Below are positions 49,834-58,495 of a stretch of 64,000 bases of DNA, one piece after another. The position numbers and the translations under genes are program-made. Numbering within the stretch: the stretch's first letter is position 1; each line of letters opens with the position of its first letter. Location of the stretch: the sequence record OR620964.1. One strand, 5' to 3'. The notes under the pieces were generated by a model, which was not told the origin of the DNA, searched no databases, and was given only the letters and a program-made list of their open reading frames with translations.

Positions 49834-50663
49834 TCCTTAGTTTGCTGTTCAATTAATTCTAAGAGACTAGCGACATGTTTCTCCAAAGTTGCTCGATATG
49901 ACTTTAAGGCAACTTCGTATGAATACAAGTCAGCTACCTCGATTAGTCCCCAGACAGGAAGGCTTTGGTAATTCTCAATCTGGTTACGCAAGATATCACG
50001 ACGCATACGTGCTGCATTGAGTCGCTCAATCAAATTAACTTCTCCATACGGTTTATGGAAAACTTTCTGATAAATTCTTTCCAATAGTCGTAGGTTCAAG
50101 GAATCATATGCAGCCTTAGCTTCGATGAATAGATTAGCGCGTGATGTATTGCCACACTTGTCTGGATGAGTAGCTCTGGCAATTACTAGGTATACCTTCT
50201 TACACTTAGCGGCTATCGTCTTGTGTAGAAGTTCTTCCTGTAACTCTTCTGGTGTTAGTTCTTCCTGATCATACGCCAGTTCTGAAACATCATCATCCTC
50301 ATCTTCACTAGCAACATCTTTGCGTTCCATTGCTTTCTTAAGCTCTTTAGCCTCTTCCTGTTCTTCAAAGTCATCGGAAGCGGCCAAGGCTGCTTGGTGT
50401 TCAATTAGTTTTCGTTTTAACTCACTCAGTTGTGTAGTCAAGTCCATGGTATCACGGGATAAATCCGCTACCATTTCAGTTACGCGTATCTCAGTGAAGT
50501 GAAGTTCTGCCTCAAGACGCTCTACATCCTGTACGATATCAATATAAACATCTGCATCAAATTCATCGGCAGTATGTTCACCGTCAGCGTCAAACAAATC
50601 ATCAGACTCATCCAATACGCTAACATTACTGCCTGTTGGTATAATGGCGAGTTCTGTTTTCAT
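49824..50663 (-). CDS. J-domain (DnaJ-like) co-chaperone with acidic coiled-coil N-terminus
   Basis: KKVYLVIARATHPDK...FIEAKAAYD contains the HPD motif. Confidence 0.85.
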   Translation of the reverse strand: MKTELAIIPTGSNVSVLDESDDLFDADGEHTADEFDADVYIDIVQDVERLEAELHFTEIRVTEMVADLSRDTMDLTTQLSELKRKLIEHQAALAASDDFEEQEEAKELKKAMERKDVASEDEDDDVSELAYDQEELTPEELQEELLHKTIAAKCKKVYLVIARATHPDKCGNTSRANLFIEAKAAYDSLNLRLLERIYQKVFHKPYGEVNLIERLNAARMRRDILRNQIENYQSLPVWGLIEVADLYSYEVALKSYRATLEKHVASLLELIEQQTKEWS

Positions 50664-50857
50664 GAAGGCTTAGTTAACTCCGAGATAGGTTTGGAAAGCA
50701 GCTCACGAATGCGGGCCGGAACATTTGGGTTCTTCTTAAGATTCTTATTAAGCCACTGCAAGTTAGAACCAGATGCACCAACTTCGCTTCGGAATTCGGG
50801 CAAGTCCAATTTGTTTTTATGCGAGTTAAGAAGGGCATTCAATTCGATCAGCATCAT
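50660..50857 (-). CDS. Hypothetical protein (65 aa)
   Basis: Translationally coupled to its neighbours. Confidence 0.55.
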   Translation of the reverse strand: MMLIELNALLNSHKNKLDLPEFRSEVGASGSNLQWLNKNLKKNPNVPARIRELLSKPISELTKPS

Positions 50858-50858
50858 G

Positions 50859-51488
50859 TTAGTTTATTTCCATTAGGTCAAGAATATTCTTAACAACTGT
50901 CTCAGGCCCGATAGACACTGCAATGTTAAGAGGTAAGTGAAGACGTTTAATAAACAACTCAGTTGGGTCTACAGATCCACCTGTGACAACAACACGAGGT
51001 ATATCTCGGAACATTTCCAGTAAGTCACGCAGGCGCTCCATCTTATACTGGGTGCTATCCATAATCACGTTAGTGATAACCAGCATTGAAGGTCGCTGTT
51101 GCTTCAACTTCTCATAGTCGAATCGATCGCCATACAGCGTTACCCATCGTGGCTTGCGTACCTTAGTACCTGCGGCCAATACTGCATTTCTAAATACGTG
51201 GAGCGCTGCGGCTTTGGCCCGCGCATCAGAAGGGAAACTACTTAGAACAGCTATCGGACATCCGTGAAGTGGGTCTTCAAGCAATTCTATAAAATTCTCA
51301 AGTTGAGGAACAACGGCAGTAGTCTTTGTTTTGAAGAATTTATTATTCGTTTTATAAGGCTGCACTGCGTGTTCTAGTTCAAACTCATTCATACCATGAT
51401 ATATTGTATGAGGGTCAGCACCAAGTGCGCGGAGTCTTGCACATACTTCTGGTGGAAAATCAAAGTCAAGCATTGCGCTCTCCTGCAA
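50859..51488 (-). CDS. Hypothetical protein, possibly a degenerate DnaC/IstB-like P-loop fold
   Basis: The alpha/beta order resembles an AAA loader, but no Walker A motif is visible. Confidence 0.4.
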   Translation of the reverse strand: MQESAMLDFDFPPEVCARLRALGADPHTIYHGMNEFELEHAVQPYKTNNKFFKTKTTAVVPQLENFIELLEDPLHGCPIAVLSSFPSDARAKAAALHVFRNAVLAAGTKVRKPRWVTLYGDRFDYEKLKQQRPSMLVITNVIMDSTQYKMERLRDLLEMFRDIPRVVVTGGSVDPTELFIKRLHLPLNIAVSIGPETVVKNILDLMEIN

Positions 51489-51525
51489 GAGAAACGAGGG
51501 TAAGTGACTACCCTCTGATATCTAC

Positions 51526-51534
51526 TATTTACAG
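51526..51534 (-). promoter_or_regulatory. CTGTAAATA motif, copy 3
   Basis: Intergenic, 38 nt upstream of the start. Confidence 0.6.
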
Positions 51535-51536
51535 TT

Positions 51537-51962
51537 TTACATCAGTGGTTGTCGTGGATCTACGAACGAGATCCCATAACGTAGTGCCCATCCACTCGGT
51601 GCTGTGTCTGATTCCAGAATACGGAAGTCACGCATAATAAAGATACCTTGATATGCATTACCTTCTGCGTCCACACCAAGGCTTTCATTGTACGTGATGT
51701 ATGAGGGCATTAACTTGATAGCATCAGCAATACTATCTACCCACACAGGGAATACATTTACGTTGTCTGGTACGTCCCACAATAGACCGTATTTAGGGAA
51801 GTGCGCAACCATACTATCTGTATCTTTCATGATCCATGCCAAGTGGCGATAGCCTAAGGCTAGTCCAACCTGCGATGCAATAGCCCTATTATTCAACAGG
51901 GTCTGTAATTGGTCTATACGCATTTCAATTCCTCTTGCTTCACAGTGCCTATATTTAGGCAA
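51537..51962 (-). CDS. Hypothetical protein (~130-141 aa)
   Basis: ORF in operon; start uncertain. Confidence 0.6.
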   Translation of the reverse strand: MPKYRHCEARGIEMRIDQLQTLLNNRAIASQVGLALGYRHLAWIMKDTDSMVAHFPKYGLLWDVPDNVNVFPVWVDSIADAIKLMPSYITYNESLGVDAEGNAYQGIFIMRDFRILESDTAPSGWALRYGISFVDPRQPLM

Positions 51963-52219
51963 ATGCGTGTTTCGTTAAGTGATTGCGGTTCGTATGCAAT
52001 ATCCCGAACAAGCAGTGTATCTGCTATTCCGTGTTCTTCAACCAAGTGCTCAACCAGACGAACAGTTCCGGTAAGTGGGTGAAGATAGTTAGATAGCGTG
52101 ATATCCATTTTATGCCATGATACAGGAACGGAAGTCTCTCCGTTAACAACCTGTAGTTTTAAATTAGCGCGTGACGCTTCATTCATAAGCATAGTCGGGT
52201 CGATTGTAATCATTTGCAT
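51914..52219 (-). CDS. Hypothetical protein (101 aa)
   Basis: GGAGAG SD upstream. Confidence 0.6.
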   Translation of the reverse strand: MQMITIDPTMLMNEASRANLKLQVVNGETSVPVSWHKMDITLSNYLHPLTGTVRLVEHLVEEHGIADTLLVRDIAYEPQSLNETRICLNIGTVKQEELKCV

Positions 52220-52236
52220 TTATACTCTCCAAAGGC

Positions 52237-52270
52237 AAAAGGGCCGAGACCTTTTAGGTTCAGCCCATTT
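52237..52270 (-). terminator. Rho-independent terminator
   Basis: GGGCTGAACCT-AAA-AGGTCTCGGCCC followed by TTTT. Confidence 0.7.
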
Positions 52271-52273
52271 CGA

Positions 52274-52744
52274 TTATTGTTTTGCCAGTACCACAAGGGA
52301 TTTAATATGAGAGATAACCATAGTACGGGTATCCTCATTCATATCGGATAAATCAGGTACATCTTTAGTGCTTGATTGCAGTGCTGCGAATACAAGTCGA
52401 ACAAGGCGCGACTCCTCAGCTACAGGCAGTGTTTCTTCTACCTTAGTCTCAGTAGAAGCAAAACACAGAAGATGAACGAAACCTTTGTTAGGCGTTATCC
52501 ATACAGGTGTTTTCATTTGACCTACAGCTACTCCGTGCGGAAACTCATGCTTGAGATCAGAAAGGTCAAGAGACATTTGGTAGCTACCCATACTGCGGTC
52601 AAAGTGGAACACAACAGCAAGTTCAATACCACCATTTTCATAATGTGTATCCGATAGCGTAACACTATATTTAGGATCTTCGCAGAGCTTTAGCGCAAAC
52701 ATCTGTAGGAACTGTGTATCAGGTGTAGGGGAATGACTTTTCAT
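52274..52744 (-). CDS. Hypothetical protein (156 aa)
   Basis: GAGGA SD upstream. Confidence 0.65.
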   Translation of the reverse strand: MKSHSPTPDTQFLQMFALKLCEDPKYSVTLSDTHYENGGIELAVVFHFDRSMGSYQMSLDLSDLKHEFPHGVAVGQMKTPVWITPNKGFVHLLCFASTETKVEETLPVAEESRLVRLVFAALQSSTKDVPDLSDMNEDTRTMVISHIKSLVVLAKQ

Positions 52745-52854
52745 TAAAATTTCCTCAGGTAATTAACCAGCATATCAATATGCTTGCTAGTCATATGTCG
52801 CTGGCCTACGGTGAGTTGACTTATAGGAATCAAGCCTGGATAGATACCCTGCAT
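52744..52854 (-). CDS. Small 36-aa ORF missing from the ORF track (MQGIYPGLIPISQLTVGQRHMTSKHIDMLVNYLRKF)
   Basis: Fills the intergenic gap and ends in a TAATG overlap with the next gene; weak SD. Confidence 0.4.
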   Translation of the reverse strand: MQGIYPGLIPISQLTVGQRHMTSKHIDMLVNYLRKF

Positions 52855-52860
52855 TACCAA

Positions 52861-53229
52861 TTACGTTGTCTGTGTGTTGCGCTTAGATGCCTCACTTGAT
52901 TCAAGAACAACGCCCAGGAACTTCCAGCGCATTGGAGCAGCAGGGTGCACAAGATCAACAGGTTCGATGCGGTCCCACGTCACTAAACGTATCGTATTAC
53001 CCAGTGTCTCCATTAAGTCCCTAGGAACATCAGCCTCATATTCCGTATAGGTTGCACTGACAGTGCTCGTGGCAGCACCTTTTACGAACGCCGTCACTAC
53101 TATATCAAGACGAGCCGCACTCGGACCAACAATAGCACGAGGAACAATAGTGAATCCTGCGTGTCTTAAAGCAGAGCACATGATATGTTCAAAGTCATTA
53201 TGACCTACGGCACTATTAATCACGTCCAT
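52861..53229 (-). CDS. Hypothetical protein (122 aa)
   Basis: TAATG coupling to the helicase C-half. Confidence 0.6.
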   Translation of the reverse strand: MDVINSAVGHNDFEHIMCSALRHAGFTIVPRAIVGPSAARLDIVVTAFVKGAATSTVSATYTEYEADVPRDLMETLGNTIRLVTWDRIEPVDLVHPAAPMRWKFLGVVLESSEASKRNTQTT

Positions 53230-54239
53230 TAAAATTTCCTCAGACCAAGAGCGCGTGGTTGGCCTTTCTTAACTGTTGATGGTTCGAAGTAGTCTGGCAT
53301 TTCATTACCATACAACTCTTCCTTATCTACTATGCCCATCCAATTACGTAGCTTCTTAGGTGTACGTTTCGCTTTGGCATATCCCAGCTTCCAGCACATC
53401 TTAAGCACAGACCGAGCAAAGCCCATTGATTTTTCCATGTTAGGATCAATGAACATACGAATAACAGGAGTTCTCTTATTCTCCATAGGAGTTAAGATAC
53501 GGCAGGACTCTTGCTTCCAGTTAGGCTCGTTATTCATAGGCATGATGTAGTATAACGTATCCCACTTAGGTACGTTAAGTCCACGTTGCATCAGTCTGCG
53601 CATACCGATGACACAACGAATATCACCAGCACGGGCAGCATCCACAATAGGCTTACGTCGCTTGGCTTCTTTCGCACCACCAAGGAATACAGCAGCAATC
53701 TCTTCTGTATAGTGCTCATTAATTCTACTGCATAGATCACGCGCCTGCTCGGTAAACATAATAGGTATTGCAATGCTACGTCCAGCATCAAGATCTTTTA
53801 TAATCCACTCGAAGATCTTGTCATTACGTTGTTTATGGTTGGCAAGAAACTTACAGAATCGCATCCAACCAGCTTTACCAGTATACTGATTGCGCGAGTG
53901 TACTTTAGTGCTGGTCTTATGGATAGTTATCTTGGGCACAAGTTCTTTCACAAAGGCTTTTGCGACAACTGGACCCATAATACTCTCCACAATCCATTGG
54001 CGTCCATCTTTCCTGACTGGAGTCGCTGTCAGACCGTAACGAAACTTCATTCTCATGTTAGCAAGCGTTCTACTGAAACAGGCAGCATTTGCGCTGTGGC
54101 AATTGTGAACTAGAACGCCTTCATCAGAATCTTTTGGATACACATAGAAGTTATGATTATGCTCAATTCCTATGTCAAATACTTCTGTATCCTCACATTC
54201 AAAAACATCTACTTTTGAGACTTTCATTATAATTTCCAT
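53229..54239 (-). CDS. Split-intein C-fragment fused to SF2 (UvsW-like) helicase C-extein
   Basis: N-terminal 46 aa ending VFDIGIEHNHNF...VLVHN, then C-H completing DE-CH. Helicase motifs III (TATP), V (MQRGLNVP) and a VI-like QESCRI follow. Confidence 0.92.
   Translation of the reverse strand: MEIIMKVSKVDVFECEDTEVFDIGIEHNHNFYVYPKDSDEGVLVHNCHSANAACFSRTLANMRMKFRYGLTATPVRKDGRQWIVESIMGPVVAKAFVKELVPKITIHKTSTKVHSRNQYTGKAGWMRFCKFLANHKQRNDKIFEWIIKDLDAGRSIAIPIMFTEQARDLCSRINEHYTEEIAAVFLGGAKEAKRRKPIVDAARAGDIRCVIGMRRLMQRGLNVPKWDTLYYIMPMNNEPNWKQESCRILTPMENKRTPVIRMFIDPNMEKSMGFARSVLKMCWKLGYAKAKRTPKKLRNWMGIVDKEELYGNEMPDYFEPSTVKKGQPRALGLRKF
54102..54239 (-). mobile_element. Split intein, IntC (46 aa)
   Basis: Block F (VFDIGIEHNHNFY) and block G (LVHN|C), with +1 Cys at 54099-54101. 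Confidence 0.92.
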
Positions 54240-54271
54240 TAGCCGAATGAGACTGTATCAAAACTGATAGG

Positions 54272-54280
54272 TATTTACAG
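54272..54280 (-). promoter_or_regulatory. CTGTAAATA motif, copy 4 (upstream of IntC-helicase)
   Basis: Exact match 33 nt upstream of the start, in the 42-nt divergent gap. Confidence 0.65.
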
Positions 54281-54281
54281 A

Positions 54282-55340
54282 ATGGATAACAGAACAAAAC
54301 CGTTTAAAGATGACTTAAAATCGCATGGTAGAACTTACGGATTCAAAGTGATTGAATATGGACGCACTAAAGTATCTAAAGATACATCAATCAAGTGCAA
54401 GTGCGGAGCTATTGAGGTGAGGGCAGCGCAAGCCATTCTCAAATCATTTGCCGGATGTACTACATGCCGTAAAGAAAGAATGCATCAAGCTCAATCTGAT
54501 ATTAAGAAAGGCAAGCAGCCACACAATACAAAAACAGAGGCAGAATACAAAGCGCAACTAGCAGAGCGCAATCCTACGATGAAATTAGTAGGTGCGTATG
54601 TGAACACTCACACAAAGACTCGGCATATGTGTACTATATGCAAACATGAACAGGAGTACAGGCCACTAAACATATTGAGGCTAGGATGCAGAAATTGCGC
54701 AGGGTTAGTTCCAAAATCAGCAGACTCGTATAACCAAGAGCTACTGAAAAAGAATATACCTTTCGTAATAACAAAATATTTAGGGTCGAGAACGATAACG
54801 GAACATACTTGCACTCGCTGCCTTGAGTTTAAAACAATGTGCTCTCCTACGAATGCCCTAAAAGAAGGTAAACTACGCTGCATTTCTTGCGATGAAAGTA
54901 TGATGTACTCCATTGAGATAGCAGGGAGGGAGTTCAAAGTTAGAGGATACGAGCGCTATGCACTTCCACATATCGTAAATAGATTTGGAATTAAGAATGT
55001 TATCTGCGATTCAGATAGACGAGTCCCAGTAATAGATCTAGGTAAGGGTAAGAAACATCGTCCAGACTTCTACATTCCTAATGCCAATCTTTTGATTGAA
55101 GTTAAATCCTTAACTACAGCAGGTTTAGGGGGTATTTATTTCAATCACACTCCAGATGCGCTATTTAGAAATATCAAGCGCAAGAAAAAGAAAGCAGTAG
55201 CACAAGGATATACCTACATGCTACTGCTTATATCCAATACTGGACTACAGATAAAACTACCTAAAGATTGGGAGTCTTACAGCAGATCAGAATTGAAGTC
55301 TTTAGTTAAATCTAAATCGTCATCCTCCGTTAGCAACTGA
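54282..55340 (+). mobile_element. Free-standing putative homing endonuclease (zinc-ribbon repeats plus PD-(D/E)xK nuclease), inverted within the fractured helicase gene
   Basis: Three Cys-cluster repeats (CKC..CTTC, CTIC..CRNC, CTRC..CISC) and a C-terminal HRPDFYIPNANLLIEVKS. It is the only credible plus-strand gene. Confidence 0.82.
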
Positions 55341-55594
55341 GCTTCAACATAGTCTCCACGAGTATTTGACCAGAACAAGTGAGTAGGTGTGCAAACAATT
55401 TCTTTGTCACCTACTGTAACACGACACATCTTCCTTACAGTCTTTTTCGTTCGAGATTCAATAGGTCTGAATTCCTGCTCACCTGTATCCAGATTTTTAG
55501 ACAAAACAGAGAATGGCATAGCATTACCTTCAACAATATCTGCGATATCAATCAAACCCTGTTCCGTCATAACCCGATGTCCGCGAGTGAAACA
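55277..55594 (-). mobile_element. Split intein, IntN (105 aa)
   Basis: Cys1 at codon 245 (55592-55594), block A (CFTRGHRVMTEQG), block B (IVCTPTHLFW, TxxH) and an acidic tail. Confidence 0.92.
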
Positions 55595-56326
55595 TTCATC
55601 GACAAATATAGTACCAAAGTTTTCATTCAACATCTGCATACGCTTACGCGCAACTTTTGTATCTTGAATCAAAGACTGGTACGTAACAAGAATGATTTGA
55701 AAGTCTTTATAGTCCTGGTCTTTCTTTGGAAAACCAAATAGCTTCTTACCATGCTCTTCCTCAAGGTCAGGGAGATTGGTCATCTGCTCTATTGTCTCAT
55801 AGAAGCCATCAAGAAAGTCTTTCTGGTCAGCCATGATAATTGTTTTATAGCCAGTAGATATACCACCAGCTATACCCATCACGGTTTTTCCACTACGTGG
55901 AGGAGCTTGTAGCAATCCACACAACTCATCCAGCAATTCTTTTGATGGAGCTACTTGGTAATCACGTAAGGACGCAGTAAACTCAACGTCATAATCAAAT
56001 GGTGTTCTATTCGTTAAATTCTTAAACTTAACTTTCTTTGGATTCAATCCTGTTGTGGATTGGAAGCGATGCATTTCACCATAAGGTATAGTCACATGCT
56101 TCTTATCATTAATAGTTGTGTATGAGGCTAGGGCTGTTACGCCAATCAAGCCTCCTTTATCGCAAGAACGACATTCTCCGCTTGGACGCTCTGGCCTGAA
56201 CTCGCAATTACGACACACGGCATCATCAAACTCATGCCGAGTCAGGCGCTTAATTATTTTTCCAGCATCTACAATTTTAATTGGAATATGCAGACGACTA
56301 TCGACAATTACCGTAGGTTTGGCCAC
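55277..56326 (-). CDS. SF2 (UvsW-like) helicase N-extein fused to split-intein N-fragment
   Basis: Q motif LRDYQ, Walker A APPRSGKT, TYQSL and IFVDE, followed by intein block A CFTRGHRVMT; ends at a stop after 105 intein residues. Confidence 0.93.
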   Translation of the reverse strand: MAKPTVIVDSRLHIPIKIVDAGKIIKRLTRHEFDDAVCRNCEFRPERPSGECRSCDKGGLIGVTALASYTTINDKKHVTIPYGEMHRFQSTTGLNPKKVKFKNLTNRTPFDYDVEFTASLRDYQVAPSKELLDELCGLLQAPPRSGKTVMGIAGGISTGYKTIIMADQKDFLDGFYETIEQMTNLPDLEEEHGKKLFGFPKKDQDYKDFQIILVTYQSLIQDTKVARKRMQMLNENFGTIFVDECFTRGHRVMTEQGLIDIADIVEGNAMPFSVLSKNLDTGEQEFRPIESRTKKTVRKMCRVTVGDKEIVCTPTHLFWSNTRGDYVEAQLLTEDDDLDLTKDFNSDLL

Positions 56327-56328
56327 TT

Positions 56329-56883
56329 TTACTTCCTTTGATTCGGCAACCCATATTCGCGTCGTTCGATAAGGGCCAAGATTTCTGTAAGTGATTTGAA
56401 TGCGAAGCCTGCTTTATCGATATCTTTTAAGTAAAAATCAATCTCTTCTTTTAAGAGAGTTAGATTATCACTGTATCGATAATACTCGGCCATTATATTG
56501 CGTACCATACGCTCACGCTCTTTCGCAGCACCAAGGGCTTTGAGATCTCGCGAATACGTAACCGTTGCATAGTCTTGAAAACGCTCTAACATATCAGCCA
56601 ATGCTTTAATTGCTGAGTTTGTTTGCACGTATATCTCGGTCATGCGGCTACGATAGGCTTGGTCTTCTATCACTGAATTAGCGAGTTTGTTCAATGCGTT
56701 GGGATGGTCTATGTTAAGTGTACGAATTTTACGCATACGAAACATCTGCTGGCATTCCGTTCTATACTCATCAACCGTTAGCTGAAACAATGGATTGGTT
56801 TTATACAGTTTACGGATGCGCTTATACCGTTCATCTGACTTAACTTTCTTCGTTAAGCGAGAAATATCATCGAGCGCCATCAA
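56329..56883 (-). CDS. Helical protein, possibly UvsY-like recombination mediator
   Basis: Coiled-coil protein next to a UvsW-like helicase. The C-terminal IDFYLKDIDKAGFAFKSL loosely recalls UvsY. Confidence 0.4.
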   Translation of the reverse strand: MMALDDISRLTKKVKSDERYKRIRKLYKTNPLFQLTVDEYRTECQQMFRMRKIRTLNIDHPNALNKLANSVIEDQAYRSRMTEIYVQTNSAIKALADMLERFQDYATVTYSRDLKALGAAKERERMVRNIMAEYYRYSDNLTLLKEEIDFYLKDIDKAGFAFKSLTEILALIERREYGLPNQRK

Positions 56884-57317
56884 TCACCTCTATCTGTTAC
56901 TAACAATGCGCTCTGTGCATGTTTGGCAGGCTTGGCAAAGAACGCACCGTGATTATCTTGATACACAAGTAGGCCGCCGGAAGGTTGCTCTGTTGGGCAA
57001 GTAAACTCGTGAAGCATATCCTGCGGTGGCATATAAGCAACACATAGTCCATTGTATTTACACCATCTACTCGATACATCTAGCATAGAGCCAACAACTG
57101 TTTCAGCCAGTCTTAGATATGATTGGCGGAAGTTATGGCTGTGCTCAATTGGGGAAACACTATCAACAATAACCTCTGCGGAGTAGACAGACTTACTGAG
57201 AATAATGAATCTTCGGCGACCTTTAGGTGCCTCTATCTCATACAGAATATCAAGCATGAGAGAAGTGAGGGAGCCTTGCAGCATCCCCCGTTTAACTTCT
57301 AGCGCGAGCATTGCCAT
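56880..57317 (-). CDS. Hypothetical protein (145 aa)
   Basis: Translationally coupled ORF. Confidence 0.6.
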   Translation of the reverse strand: MAMLALEVKRGMLQGSLTSLMLDILYEIEAPKGRRRFIILSKSVYSAEVIVDSVSPIEHSHNFRQSYLRLAETVVGSMLDVSSRWCKYNGLCVAYMPPQDMLHEFTCPTEQPSGGLLVYQDNHGAFFAKPAKHAQSALLVTDRGD

Positions 57318-58495
57318 TATGCAGGAATATACCCAAAGTATAACAGGCTGTGTGTATCCTGTTTGTAGTTAAGCGTGAATGCTTTCAGCTCTTTGATGTT
57401 AGGCCCGTGGAATCCCATGGCATGTCGTTCCTCTTTACCTATATTACGCAGGATGTCTCGCATCACACGCATATCTAGAGAAGTTTCAAATTCTTTCTCT
57501 ACAGGCTTGGCTAGTGTTAGACTATCCTGAGCGCTACCGGAGTCAGAAGAGAACTTGATACGCATTTCTTTCTTACGTAACTTAACCGTGGCCTTGGTGT
57601 TGCCTTTCTTCTCAACGAGCGTTGCAATGTTTGCAAACGGAGCACCGATATCACCTTTGACAACAACGCCAATCAGAGGTTTACCTAACTGGCTGAGTAA
57701 CGTATCAATATAGCGATAGTCCTCATCATTCGACTGAATAGGAGGCAAGGTAACAACAAACGAATCTGCTTCTGCCGCGAATGATACTGCGTCTGCATGG
57801 AAGGATACTTGTTCTTCACCACAGAACTTGGTTATCAAGTCAAACATTTCACCAGTAAGAGAGAATCTAAACTTATTGGTCTTGTTTGTCAGTGGCGCAA
57901 CATATTGTGCAGACGTCCAGTTACCTGGGCTTGAGATACGCAACTCATCACCGCGACAATCAACACGGCACATTACAGGAGCATTGGTCAGTGGATCTTT
58001 TAAGCGAGTCAGGCGAATACCTTGAATCAACTTATCAATCACTTCACGCGTCATTGCATGACCACCTTCTGTGTGATGGCGCAGCCCTTCACTAACCATA
58101 GGAATCTGTTCTGAGGACAATGCACGTACTTTAAAATCAGACTTGTACTTACCCTGACGCGCAACAATCTGACCTTCTTTCCCTGTGAACAGCAGGTCAA
58201 CATCACCTCGCTTGTTCAATAGACCAATAAGTTGCGTAGGGTCAATATTGAACACGGTATCTTTATCGCACTTGCCAGCAGGTACATGGTGCGCTACAAA
58301 AGTATCTGGTGTACGGCCAATAATAAATACATCACCTTGATATCCAACAAGCAGATGAATATGAGTCAGCTTATCATCGGAATCACTGAACCGAGTAACG
58401 CTATCCACACGCTTGAGGATATTGATTACCTCAACACTGTTTAATTCAAAATTCACATCAACATTAACTGTCTTTGGTAGGCGACATTTCTTCAT
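57317..58495 (-). CDS. DNA sliding clamp (DnaN/beta-like)
   Basis: 392 aa with threefold beta-alpha repeat periodicity and C-terminal SLDMRVMRDILRNI; lies next to the polymerase. Confidence 0.7.
   Translation of the reverse strand: MKKCRLPKTVNVDVNFELNSVEVINILKRVDSVTRFSDSDDKLTHIHLLVGYQGDVFIIGRTPDTFVAHHVPAGKCDKDTVFNIDPTQLIGLLNKRGDVDLLFTGKEGQIVARQGKYKSDFKVRALSSEQIPMVSEGLRHHTEGGHAMTREVIDKLIQGIRLTRLKDPLTNAPVMCRVDCRGDELRISSPGNWTSAQYVAPLTNKTNKFRFSLTGEMFDLITKFCGEEQVSFHADAVSFAAEADSFVVTLPPIQSNDEDYRYIDTLLSQLGKPLIGVVVKGDIGAPFANIATLVEKKGNTKATVKLRKKEMRIKFSSDSGSAQDSLTLAKPVEKEFETSLDMRVMRDILRNIGKEERHAMGFHGPNIKELKAFTLNYKQDTHSLLYFGYIPA

Noticed and set aside
50859-51488. Confident DnaC/clamp-loader call
   Set aside because: No Walker A motif is present, so it is left as hypothetical with a low-confidence note.
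54240-55340. Group I intron or assembly error as the explanation for the broken helicase
   Set aside because: Both breakpoints carry intact intein splice motifs at the protein level, and the C-half has its own start codon and promoter motif. No group I core elements were recognised.
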